A stretch of DNA of 64,000 nucleotides from Perna viridis. Taxonomy: Eukaryota. Each line of letters starts with the position of its first letter. The first letter of the stretch is position 1. The DNA lies in the NCBI GenBank assembly GCA_037379345.1, contig CM074514.1:27032001-27096000 (forward strand), read 5' to 3'. Below, piece by piece: positions 1-11,700 of the stretch. Position numbers and translations under genes: made by a program. Under the pieces are notes generated by a model, which worked only from the letters and a program-made list of their open reading frames with translations, was not told the origin of the DNA and searched no databases.

Positions 1-180
1 AAGTAACTTTATATCAAAATAAAAATATGAAATCTTTTTCCGAATAAACCATTATTATGATAATGCGCATGATTGCTCCGACTAGTTAGCCACAGGTTTG
101 TTGTAAATCATAGATTAAACTCACCATATCAGCAGATCATGATCATAAAAAAGAATAATTGAGTCTAAAAAAATGTATGC

Positions 181-192
181 CTTTTTTTTCAG
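181..192 (+). promoter_or_regulatory. 3' splice acceptor opening the large exon that carries the coiled-coil ORF
   Basis: cttttttttcAG ends at 192. An in-frame TGA at 258-260 lies between it and ATG 339, so 193-338 is probably 5' UTR and the intron lies in the UTR. Confidence 0.6.
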
Positions 193-338
193 GACAATTT
201 AATCCAGCACCATCCTATACTCAACCCGCCTTATGTGTTGTCCCAGTCCTGTCCATGTGATGAAGCTACAACTACCTGAGTCGTCGTTCGAGGACGAATT
301 TTCTTTCCGAGGATGGGGAAATACTACACTTTCTGCTA

Positions 339-3300
339 ATGGAAACGGTAGCGTACAACTCCGGTTCTAGTCTGCATAGACAAGATACTTTTCAGACCGA
401 TCCAAGATTTGCAGCGAGATCAAAAAGCGGAAGTGTCAGAAAAGGGAATCTTTCGTTACCAGTTATTGGACCTCGGCATTTAATAAGACATAAATCTGCA
501 GACAGAAATCCATCACCTAAACCGCAGAGACGTGAACGCTCTGTAGAAAGAACAAGTGAAAGGACAACCAGGAAGCCGTTTTCACTTGTTCCTAGTGATA
601 GGAAGACTGTCCTCACGGACAAAACTTACACAAAAAGTTTGGTTGGACCCGTAAAACAAAACAAACAATTAAATGGGAAGACAGACGAAAAAGTAAAACT
701 TAAAACCACTACAGTTAAATCTAAAGAGGTTTTAAATGACGAGATAAATCGACAAACACAATCTAACAACAATTCATTGAATATAAAAAGACAAACTGAC
801 ACGAAAAGTGTAGACAGTGGCGATTCATTAAAGGAAAATAAGCTTACTGGAACTAAAGGACTGCATAGGAAACATGCAAAATCACCTGTTAATTTAAAAG
901 AGTCAAAAAGTGCGGACGAACTTTCTTCTAAGGACACGAAAAAAGACGAAAGTTTAGCACTGAAAAAGACGAAACCAGAGAGAAACAACCCACTTAAATC
1001 CAACGACACAGAAAGAGAACACAAACAAGAACCGAAAGAGGTGAGCAAGCGAACACAACTATTGAGAGTTACAAACAATAAAGTAAATGATTCTTCAGAA
1101 ACCAATGATAAATCAGTTGCACCTAAAGTACGTAAAAGAGAAACTCTTAGGGATAAACTTACAAGCACCCCAATAAGCGATTTCACAAGCGAAATTAAAA
1201 GTAAACCTCACAAACCGAAAAGTGTCGTGCATGTTAAAGAAATTCAAAGCGAATCCGGAAAACAAAAAGGGTTCAACAAGCAAACTCCGGGGAGTGTTGC
1301 TCAAAGCACAAAAGTCGTATTACCGGAATATGATAAGTCTGAAAAACAGAACAACAAGAAAAAATCTGATACTGACTCGGATGACTTAAAGAGTGGTGCT
1401 TTGAAAAACATTAACAGTAAACGGGAAAAAGTAAAGAAAGAATCCCCTGAACTATTTGAAAAGAGAAGTCTAAAACAGAGACAAAATCTTTCAATAAATG
1501 AGCGCAAGCATTCTTCGGGTTCAATCGAATCGGGATTTGCTTCTTATCGAAAAAGCAAGGAACTAGATGATGCTATATCCATTTTGTCGCTAACCGAAAC
1601 CGAAGTAGGTAAACCGCCGGAAAACACCTTACTTGATCGTCCGCGGAGTGACAAAAGCAGAGTTAGTGTAGGTTCTAATCATCCCGTAAGTGAAAAACTT
1701 GGGACTAGTAAAGCCAATCAAAGACTCGTTGAGGACAAAATATTAGAAAATACACTAAGACAAAGGATCGAGACAAAAAAGTCTGGTCAAGGTGTCGTTT
1801 CCGGCGACAACAAATCAAGTCGAAACAAGCATAGCCATTCTATGGAACCTGCCGTCCAACGAAAACCAGGATTTGAAAGGATGACAGAAACTTATGAATC
1901 AATTTACGAAGAAAGGCGAACTCTCCTTGAAGCGGAGGTTGCCTATAAAAGGCGTATTAAACAGTTAGAAGATGAAATGAATCAGTTTTTGAGAACAATT
2001 GAGGACCTCCGTTCAGAAAACAAGGCGCTGCGTTCAAGAATAGATTCATTAGAAAGTGCTAGTCAATCTGGAAACGACAACGAAAAGGAACAATTGAAAT
2101 TGACTATAAAGTCACTGGAAACACAAAATAAAATGTTAGGCACTAAACTTGATAACGCAGAAAACGAACTTGAAAAGTTAAAACCAGAAAGAGATAAACT
2201 AACTTCTGAGAGCAAGGAAATAGCAAAAAAACTTTCCGAAGTTCAGGAAAAGTATGATAATATGAGTGGCGAACTTGAAAAACTCAAATCTAATGGGGAT
2301 GGTGGTACTGCAAAACTAGAGAAAGAAATTAACCAGTTACATACTGAACTTCGAGCTGAACAAGCTGAACGCAAGAAACTTGATGATGAAAACACAATTC
2401 TAAAGACAGACAAAGATGTACTGAAAGATGAAATTAGTGCTCTCCGATCAATTAACAAAAACTTGGAGGCAATGAACGAGGAATTAAAGACAGACAATCC
2501 AACTGATCTTGCATCGAGCGAAAAAATGGAACTAAAGTCACAAATTATTAAACTCCAAACAGAAAACCAAACTTTGAACGAGGAAAACATAAAATTGAAA
2601 GCAGAGAATTTAAAACAAGTAAAATCAATTCATGATTTGGAAAAGACAGCTAAATCGTTTGAATCGAGTGTAACAGCTGTAGAATCAACGAAATTGACAG
2701 AAATACAAGATCTGAAAAACGAAAACGCGAAGTTGAAATCTGAAATAAAAGATTTAAAAGAAACATACGCAGATGTCGAAAATAAAATAAAGACTCTTGA
2801 AAACCAGAATAAAGAACTGGATGAAACTCTGACTCAAAAGAAAACAGAACTTTCAGAACTCATGTCTGCTCTTAAAGAGGATGATAAATTTGAAAACGAG
2901 ATTAAGGCGCTCAAGGCCGAAAATATTCGGCTTCAAAAGAACGTGGAAGAAAAGGATACAAAGGCTGAAGTATCGAGTAAACGTCTAGAGGAGATAAAAT
3001 TGGAGAAGGACAAATTTGAAACTGAAAAAAATAAGTTGTCCGAGAAAATCAATGACATGCTAAGAATTAACGAGGCACAAAAGAAACAAATGGCAGACAT
3101 TCAATCTAACCTTGACCTTGCCAAAAAGGAAAACGAATCAAACAAAGACAAGTTAAAACACGTCGAAAAATTTGAAACCGAGATAGCTGAATTAACATCA
3201 CAGCTTCAGGAAGCAGAACAAGAAAAAGCAAACTTAATGAAAAAGAAACAGGAAGAAGTTGAAGCGTTAAAACTGAAAATGGACCGAAATAGCGCAGACC

Positions 3301-4118
3301 ATAAAGAACAAATCGATGCAATAAAATTTGATTACGAAAAACAAATCGATGAACTAAAACAACAAGTCGAATTCTTGCAGAAAGAAATCGACGAATTGCG
3401 ACAACTCAAAGCTGTCGAAAGCGAACTTCTTGAAACAAAGGATGAACTGAGAAGTGTTAAAGAGAAATATTCTCAAATGATATCTGAGGTAGAAGAGAAA
3501 TCGGACATCGAACAGAAAAATTTTCAGTTAAACGTTCGAATGACTCAGATGAACAATACAATTAAACAGCTAGAACGTGAACAAAGAGACTGGCTGATTA
3601 AAAAGCAAGAATTCGAAGAAATTGAGGCTGATAATAAACGGTTACAAGAAGAAAACACCCAATTTAAGCAAAAAGGCGGTGCTCGTCGAATTTCAAACAA
3701 GATCGATAGACAACTCGAACTCCTAGAGCGAAAACAAAAAGACGCTGAAACTAGAGTTAAACAACTTGAAGGGTGGGTCGGTGATATTTATGATGATGAA
3801 AATCAAAATAAAGCAACATATGTAGGGTCTCTGAATACTAGAAAAACTACTCAACCAAGAAAGAAAGCTTTCACAAAAGCACCGAAGTTGCAACAAACGA
3901 CTATTCGGGTGGAGAACGAACGCCCACGTAGTCTTGATGACGTTGTCGTAAAGGAGAAAGTGCCGACTGAAAGGTCCGAGAGATCGGACAAACTTTCTCA
4001 TAGATCATCACCGATACTGCCAGCCATTCAACCAGAAACAAGACTGACGTTTGGGTTAGGGTATTCTCAGATTCATAGAAATCGCATAAATGCGGCACAA
4101 AAGTACAAAAAATCATGA
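339..4118 (+). CDS. 1259-aa protein: basic, low-complexity disordered N-terminal ~520 aa, long heptad coiled coil (~aa 520-1150), short basic tail; single coding exon
   Basis: A 3.78-kb stop-free ORF in AT-rich DNA. E/K/L-rich heptads (e.g. IKQLEDEMNQFLRTIEDLRSENKALRSRIDSLE). Several AATAAA downstream (~4357, ~4477). No catalytic domain recognised. Confidence 0.9.
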   Translation: METVAYNSGSSLHRQDTFQTDPRFAARSKSGSVRKGNLSLPVIGPRHLIRHKSADRNPSPKPQRRERSVERTSERTTRKPFSLVPSDRKTVLTDKTYTKSLVGPVKQNKQLNGKTDEKVKLKTTTVKSKEVLNDEINRQTQSNNNSLNIKRQTDTKSVDSGDSLKENKLTGTKGLHRKHAKSPVNLKESKSADELSSKDTKKDESLALKKTKPERNNPLKSNDTEREHKQEPKEVSKRTQLLRVTNNKVNDSSETNDKSVAPKVRKRETLRDKLTSTPISDFTSEIKSKPHKPKSVVHVKEIQSESGKQKGFNKQTPGSVAQSTKVVLPEYDKSEKQNNKKKSDTDSDDLKSGALKNINSKREKVKKESPELFEKRSLKQRQNLSINERKHSSGSIESGFASYRKSKELDDAISILSLTETEVGKPPENTLLDRPRSDKSRVSVGSNHPVSEKLGTSKANQRLVEDKILENTLRQRIETKKSGQGVVSGDNKSSRNKHSHSMEPAVQRKPGFERMTETYESIYEERRTLLEAEVAYKRRIKQLEDEMNQFLRTIEDLRSENKALRSRIDSLESASQSGNDNEKEQLKLTIKSLETQNKMLGTKLDNAENELEKLKPERDKLTSESKEIAKKLSEVQEKYDNMSGELEKLKSNGDGGTAKLEKEINQLHTELRAEQAERKKLDDENTILKTDKDVLKDEISALRSINKNLEAMNEELKTDNPTDLASSEKMELKSQIIKLQTENQTLNEENIKLKAENLKQVKSIHDLEKTAKSFESSVTAVESTKLTEIQDLKNENAKLKSEIKDLKETYADVENKIKTLENQNKELDETLTQKKTELSELMSALKEDDKFENEIKALKAENIRLQKNVEEKDTKAEVSSKRLEEIKLEKDKFETEKNKLSEKINDMLRINEAQKKQMADIQSNLDLAKKENESNKDKLKHVEKFETEIAELTSQLQEAEQEKANLMKKKQEEVEALKLKMDRNSADHKEQIDAIKFDYEKQIDELKQQVEFLQKEIDELRQLKAVESELLETKDELRSVKEKYSQMISEVEEKSDIEQKNFQLNVRMTQMNNTIKQLEREQRDWLIKKQEFEEIEADNKRLQEENTQFKQKGGARRISNKIDRQLELLERKQKDAETRVKQLEGWVGDIYDDENQNKATYVGSLNTRKTTQPRKKAFTKAPKLQQTTIRVENERPRSLDDVVVKEKVPTERSERSDKLSHRSSPILPAIQPETRLTFGLGYSQIHRNRINAAQKYKKS

Positions 4119-5746
4119 TGCTCGCCGCGTTTTCATTTTTAATTATGGTATAGTGGGATTTTTTAATTGGTTTACTTTCCTTTTAATTTTCTATTCTTTA
4201 CTAAAGTACAAAAGTTTCTAAATATATTGGAAATGCATTTAAATTTATATTTTTCATTAATGTGAATTATGAATTGAAAAAAATCGATATATCTATTAAA
4301 ATCCCCGCTATATACGACCATAGGTTTCTGTGATTAATGTAGTTTATGGAGACTCGAATAAATACAGCATGTGTAGGTAAAGATGCATACTCATGTGACA
4401 TGATTTCCTATATTTCAGTATTCGGCGAACGTAGAAACATTTTGTAAACTGTGAATAGCTTTGAAATGGATGATAGAATAAATGTACACATAAAGCATAT
4501 CTGTGATATATGGGGGATTATTTAGTGAGAAGTTCATTACTAGAAAATTATTTGAGTACATTCTTTATGTACATATATTATTATACTTGTCAAGTTTGAT
4601 AATGTCAGATATTTGTATGCAATAGATTTTTACCATATTATTTTATTTTGAAATATAAGAAGTATTTCAGATTTGAAGAGTGTTTCCTAAATAATTAATG
4701 GTTCTTTCATCACTTTACCATGTTTACTTCCCGCACATAAACCTGATTCAATATGTTCCACGTTGCCATAATTATTTAAGGATTAGGTATACAAAAGTTA
4801 ATACGATAAAAAAACTACTAGCTATGCATTAACGTTACTGCTTGAAGAAAGATCTGCTTATATAAAAAAACTGGTTCTGAAGCCTCTATTCCTTTGACAA
4901 AAACAAAATGACAAGGCGCCCTTTTTGTTAAATGTCAAGGGATTAATTGAATTAGATTATGAAGTTATAGAATGAACTTGAAAAGGTCATTCGTGAATGT
5001 CATATTAGTGATATATTCCTACTCTTTAAAACTAAGCTGTCCTTGACAGGTTAAGATTTTATCTATCAATATCTATGGCTGTTGAGAAGACATTGGAAAC
5101 GGGGGTGGGGGGTGTCTAACAGACAAGAAACCTAATAAACCGCGAAAAAATTGTTAAAAAGACTATAACGAACGGTTGGAAATTTCCCACACCAAAGTTT
5201 GGTCCCTGAAACGACAGGTATACCGATTCTGCGAAATGGACATTACACGATACTCTAAAGTTATAAAGAAAAACAAAAATAAAAAAATTAAAGATCCAAC
5301 AAGATTAACAAAGACTGACTAAGGACAGACGCAAAAGTCTTCTCACATGACCCATATTTAATTACCCTATTGCACTAGCGTTTCATACCAATGATTAATT
5401 CTTTATGAAAAATATGAATTCTCAACAAATACTAATCATGACAGCATTACATTTTAAATATATGATAGAATCAACAATTACATATGGCCTTAGTTAGGTA
5501 GGTTTTCAATCTAATACGCATTTACCAACATTTAATGTACTCCAATCCGAGATCAACAAGAAGAAACAGGAGACATCGACACGTGACCACTTATTGTATG
5601 TTTCTTGTTTTTTGTTTTTTTTTTTGTTTTGTTTCTTTTTTTTTTGCAAATGTCATTGAACCTTGGCTTTAACCTTGACTGAAAAAAATACAACACATTG
5701 TGCATTGGATAAAATGATTATTCATTCACAGAGATTAACATGACAA

Positions 5747-5752
5747 TTTATT
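5747..5752 (-). terminator. Candidate polyadenylation signal (AATAAA) of the beta-helix gene
   Basis: tttatt at 5747-5752 on + reads AATAAA on -, 3 nt after the TAA stop at 5758-5756. Confidence 0.45.
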
Positions 5753-5755
5753 TCT

Positions 5756-8700
5756 TTAAAACCATATTTCTTGAAGCCTTCGCAAAAAGTCACCGTCAAC
5801 GACTTTAGACAGTCCTTCAGCTGATCGCAACATTTTCGCTGGTCCTGCCACTTTGCACGATTTGGGAGCTGGTGCTCGCCCAGTTTTATAGCCCTGGAAG
5901 GTTTTTTCTAAACCTGGCGATAAAATATCCATATGTAACAGAATCCTCGGTTGTTTTGAAAACAAGTTTTTTATCTTACAATTAAGAATTTATAACATGA
6001 TTAGTTTTATAGTGCAAGACAAGAAAAGCAGAAAGCAAGGATGTAATAAATTCTCACATTGCTCAGTGATTGAATCCGTGATGTCATCTGTAACAAAATA
6101 CATGTTAAACATAATTTTAAGCTTTGTTCTACAATACGTAGTTAATGAACAAAATTTCCCTTAAAATTGGGGAAAATTATTTTTTTTTGCATGAAATCTT
6201 CATTTTTCACAAATTCTACCCCAAAAAATTTTTTTCGCTCGCCATTTTTAATTCTATTAACGCCCACCTTACCTAAAAACCTAGATCCGGTTTATAGAGA
6301 TTACAATCCTTGCACTATACTTGGCATATTCAGAACAGTGCTTCCAAATATTGAAGCAATATTCCTATATTTTCTAAGCAGTAAGTTCATATTTAACTTC
6401 TTACATACCTGACACAGTTGGTCCTACTGGGTATCTAGGACCAACCTGATTTGGCAAAACGGGCTTTCCGAATTTTACTCTGGATGCAAAGCTCGCTAAT
6501 TTACATATTGGCTTCATATCACCATAAGCTGGAGCATAGAAATTCTGCTCGTCTTCCGTCTGAATAGACAAAGGCATTTGGTACATTACAAGCACCTCGA
6601 TCAAAATACGGTTTTAAATTTATTTATGCCTTGCTTAAAAGAAAATTTCATTTATATTTTCAAAATCCACATCAAGAAAATTGCTACAAAATATAGGTTG
6701 CAATGCATTGAAAAAAATGGATTGTAGAGGGTAGAATTAGTTTTAACCACGGCAGTTTTGTAAAATTCAATTTCTTATATATCAAGAGGAGTATCTAACA
6801 AATCAAGAACGGAACTTTTGTTCAAATACTATTAAGGACGTTCACATCCGCTGTTAACTTCATTTTCTACTTCAAGTTTAACTTGTACTTTTTTGTAACA
6901 AGGTCGCAAGTCCAAATGTAAATTTCTATTTTTATGTAGATAACCATTATGATGGTTTCGTTTGCTAAAGACACTTTTGTGGTAAGTTTATGAGTATGCT
7001 CAATATACACTTCCGCGAGGTAGGGCTTGGATTTTCCTCGCGGAATTGAATATCGAGCATGCTCCACTAAAGGGTCTAAGGAAACATATCCACTGTTTTA
7101 AGAGTTATATCTTGTTATATATTGTTTATGTATTGTTACCTGGATGTTGTTGGAAACTTTATACCATTCCGGGCCGTGCGTAGGGCCACTTACAAAAGTC
7201 CTGTTTACAGGATAGTACACTATGTTTTGCTCAATTCGGTTACCTAGAAGAAACATATAATGTATAAAGGAAAAAGAATATGAAAATTCAAAGACTTTAC
7301 TTGACCTAGCACAGGACGTTACTCAAGCAAATGTGTTTAAGGAACAACCACATGATTTTGAAAACGCCAAACCTGGTTAAGTAGAAGTTGGATACACAAA
7401 AATGGGTATCGCCCAGCAGAGACAATGGCAAAGCTCATATTACAATTCAGCTAAAGGGAAACCCAAACTTCATTTATACCGAAAATTAATACAGGTGAGG
7501 CACGTTGGCTAGAAATGATAAAACTTCCACGAAAGATTCACGTATGTAAGTACAAAATTGGTTCCTACTTACAATAACTGGAAAGGTCAAATAAGGGAAA
7601 CAAACCTTGCTTAAATACCACAGGCGCTTGGGGACAATTTGTGGTTTCTCGGTATTTTTCGTCTTTATAGTGTTCCCTTATGTGCCTCATAAGGGAACAT
7701 TATAAAAATACGCGGGTTTCGACGAAAAATACCGAGAAACCACAAATTGTCCCCAAGCGCATGTGTTAAAAACAAAACAAAACAGAGATAGCAGATAAGA
7801 AATCAAACCGACGATCGAAATAAAAGCAATGTATGCTGTGAAGAAGGACCACTTGCACCAAGAGAGTAAGCATTCTCTGCTTCATAGAATCATATTGTTT
7901 AGTTGCTATGTTACGCTATTTAAAATATAATGAAATGAGATTGAATGTTCTCAGATTGGGACTGTTTTATTGTTTGTGGTCAGTAGATATAAATTTGCAC
8001 TTTTATCTTAAGTAAACGACTGATTATCTGGAATGCATTTTAACTGAGTATCAACTATGTACTTAACCCAATGAGAATAAAAGAAGGAGAGTCTTTGTCA
8101 ATATTCAGGTCCAATATGGATATATGGATATATGTACATTCATCATACGAACAGAAGCAAAGCTTCGAATAGAACACACCTCACTGGTGGATATTACCTT
8201 CTGGTTCATCCGGGTCATTGTTTTCGATAGCAGCGAGTTTAGGATATCGTGACCTCCATAATTGACTTTTATATGGCACTGCCTGTTCAAGTAAATTTGC
8301 AGAAATAAAATATATCAAAATTATTGAGGTACATGCACTATGACTACCAGTACATGGAACGGATCAATGTGTGTATGACAAAATTATTAGCTCGATACGT
8401 ATCAAAAGGATTGATACAGTTCATTTTAAATGTTGAAGAGGTTTTTAACAAATAAGAAGGGTTCACTCACCCGCCCTGTCATTTTCACCCAAAACAGATA
8501 TGAGAGGGCACGCTTCTGAATGAAGTTATGGAAAGGAAAGCCCAATCTTGGATAATTAAGTAAATTGTGGTAATTGTACTGCAAAATTCGGACAAAACGT
8601 TGTTCCAAAAAGAGTAATCAAGGGAACCAAGGTTATAGCGGTAATCAAAAGAATGTAATCCTGGGACAAAGACCAGACATGGAAAACAGACATACACAAC

Positions 8701-11700
8701 AAAGAACATAAAGTAACTAAAATCATACATACAAAGTAACAAAAGCAAATAAGCAACTCGGACTCTGGGAGCATGGACCAGGTGCACCGGTAGGGTAAGC
8801 GTCCTCTAGGGGAAACTTATCCAATGAAGGGTAATAACAAAATTACCAAACTGATAACTCTAGGAAATATTAAAACGGAATATTTTTTAAAAATGGCAAT
8901 ATTAAGGTAAAAACCAGCAAGTTGGAAATCACCGCAATGGTTCTGACGGTTCAAGCATTTCAGGCAGTTCATAGAAATGGTGGGCTAGACCAGGTTTTCA
9001 AGCGCGCCAAAATGAGGTTAATTTTTTTCCGGTATATTACAATATAAACAGGCAGCATGAAATTATGATAAGAAAACATTACTAGTGAACCCCGTATACT
9101 TACATTAAGTCTTTTCGTCAGGAAGTCTGTATGTTTGTGTTGTAATCCCCTAGCGTCAACGCTTATCGAGTATTGGTGAGCACTATAGAAAACGTTGTGA
9201 AAGACACCGTTGTCCCGGCCACCTGCTATTCTGACATCGACATCGTTCTTTAACGAAACAAGTACATATTTTTTTTAAAAAGGAGCATGTAGGAAGGTAA
9301 ATAAGCTTATACTTTTTTTACAAAAACTTCAATGAAGCTTCGAAAATCTACTTTCAAGACCAATTATTATTATTTCCATCTTCCAAAAAATAAAAAATAA
9401 ACAGAACTCCGCAAAATCGCGTATCAAGCTTCCCGAAGTTTTTCTATTGTCTCAATTCCTTTTTACTAATCACTAGAGTTTTCGTATTTTCCAATATGTT
9501 TGGTTTAAGACGAATTTCAACACACGCATATCTCGTAAGCTAATAGATATGGGGAAAGTAATTTAAGTGAAACAGCGTTGAACCCATCCGATTGGTGGTT
9601 TTTACGGTCTTGGCTATCCTTACGGATCTCGCACGACCGCCCCTTACAGGGATTGTGTTAGTAGATGTCTGTTAGTAGTTGGAGGTAGCGAAGCACAGCC
9701 TTCGGGATACCTGACCGAAGAAATCAGTCAGAGTATGTCCTACTAGCGGCTAGGCTGCTCCCAGACCCCACGTGGGTTCGAGAGCGTTTCCCACTCTATT
9801 TGGGAGTACGTCAACATTTATGTGTGTTGAACCCAACTATCACGACATTATATAGTCCATGGTCTGGGAGAGTCCACTGTGATTCCTGCCCCCTCTCATA
9901 GTCAACCTCATGATGATATTCGTGTATTTTTCAACCTCCCATTGATTATTCGTTGTATCCTTATTAGTATAAAAATGTATATTTACTCAACTGGGTAAAA
10001 AAAACTATGGGCTCAATTGTTCGACTGTCTAAGTCATCCTGTGATAACACAAATAAAGAACGCAACATGAAGCCCATTGTCTCAGCTTGCTAGGAGTACT
10101 AGAAAAACTGTAGTTACACATCCGTTTTTTTTTAGTCAAATGTTTCCCAACTCAACCGAAAAGTTGCCTGAATACATATTTTTTCAATGTAAATCCCAAA
10201 AAACCCATTGGCGACATACTGATTGAGAGATATTAAGGTACCTGAAAATAATAATTATGGTATGCGCGGTAGGTTATCTCAGTCCACGTACAGTTTTAAT
10301 GAAAATTTACTGAATGTATCTTTGAACACACCAGTTGTACCATCGGAAACCTGCTTTTTAACTTTACAATGAAAATCTTACATTGAAGAACACATTGTTC
10401 CTAATGTCAACCGAAGAGTACTGGTCATCTAACATAACCGCTCTAACATCGGCCCCTGGTACCCTTCTAACTGTGTTCTGGATATGGTTGTTCTTTATAA
10501 GGTTTCCTCTCTGCAATAATATAGTGGTTATTTATTGAGGAGCTAGGATTAACTTGATTGATATAAAAGGGTAGACCTCGACATACTTCTGATGAAAACG
10601 AACATCATTACGATCATTTGATCTTCTTGACAAAGGGTCAAATTTGACATTGGAAGTCAGAATTCTGAATCCGAATAACAAAATACAAAATATCCTGGTC
10701 CTTGCAATCAAAATTAAATGGTTGTCCCCTCCTTAAGGAGGGGATGTCAACCCAAATCGAATATCCTTCTGTAAGAACAAAATTACATTTATTTGTAAGT
10801 TCATATCAAGGTTGCGCACAAGAGCGAAGGTGTTGATCAAAAGCTTGTGTGTCTAAAACGAATATTTGAACATTTTCATTTACTTAATGTTTTTCTGTAT
10901 GTGTTTATTTTTTTATTTTATGTGATTTGTTGTATTTGCTTGGTCTAGGTCTCTTGATATCCGAAATCCGATTTTGTTGTAACTGTTGACGGTCTTGACG
11001 CACTTTAAAAAATACCCACCCTAGTCCAATCTCTTCCGGACATAAATGCTCCACAATCACTAGTTTTAGAACACATTCTTGAAATATGGTTATACTCAAA
11101 ATGAAAGTCATTTCCCTACAATAGTATATACATAACAGACGACATTTAATAAAAACTAGGATCATATTCAAATTCTATTCTTGTCGAAACTAGTATATGC
11201 AACCGTGACTCGGTTTGTAATTGTGGAATAGTTCACTATAGTATATGGTGTATCAGTCTCTTTATAATTTTTGTTTATTACAGAGGTCACGGCAACTACC
11301 CTATTGGTATTTAATCGATTCTTTCGGTTACAATGAAGTCATGGTTGCTAACTATATTTTTGATACATGCCTAGCATGTTGTTTGCTAGGTTTTGTCTCT
11401 ATTTCTGGCATCGTCGGTTCTTCAAATTTCCAATACTTTTGTGTATAAGAGAATGCATTTCCCGTTGATTTCACATATTTAAGCTACAATAAAAACCGTT
11501 AATGAAAGTTAAACAGATACTTTTGTTTTATATATGGGGTATGTTCTTACCTCCCAACGTATACCGGTGTACGATCCATCCCATATTTTATTGTGATGTA
11601 CTTTTGTTCCAACTCCGTAAAGGGATATTCCATCACTTCCGGTATAAGTCGCTCGGCCGAAGTTTGATATCAGACAATCTGCGATCTCATTTCCCGATGC

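Noticed and set aside
392-4116. Minus-strand ORFs overlapping the coiled-coil gene
   Set aside because: Antisense shadows of a K/E-rich biased CDS (F/S/L-rich, no domains).
6867-7075. Extra exon of the beta-helix gene (PLVEHARYSIPRGK...)
   Set aside because: An acceptor-like site is present, but the flanking exons already join in phase 0, no convincing donor follows, and the peptide has no family motif.
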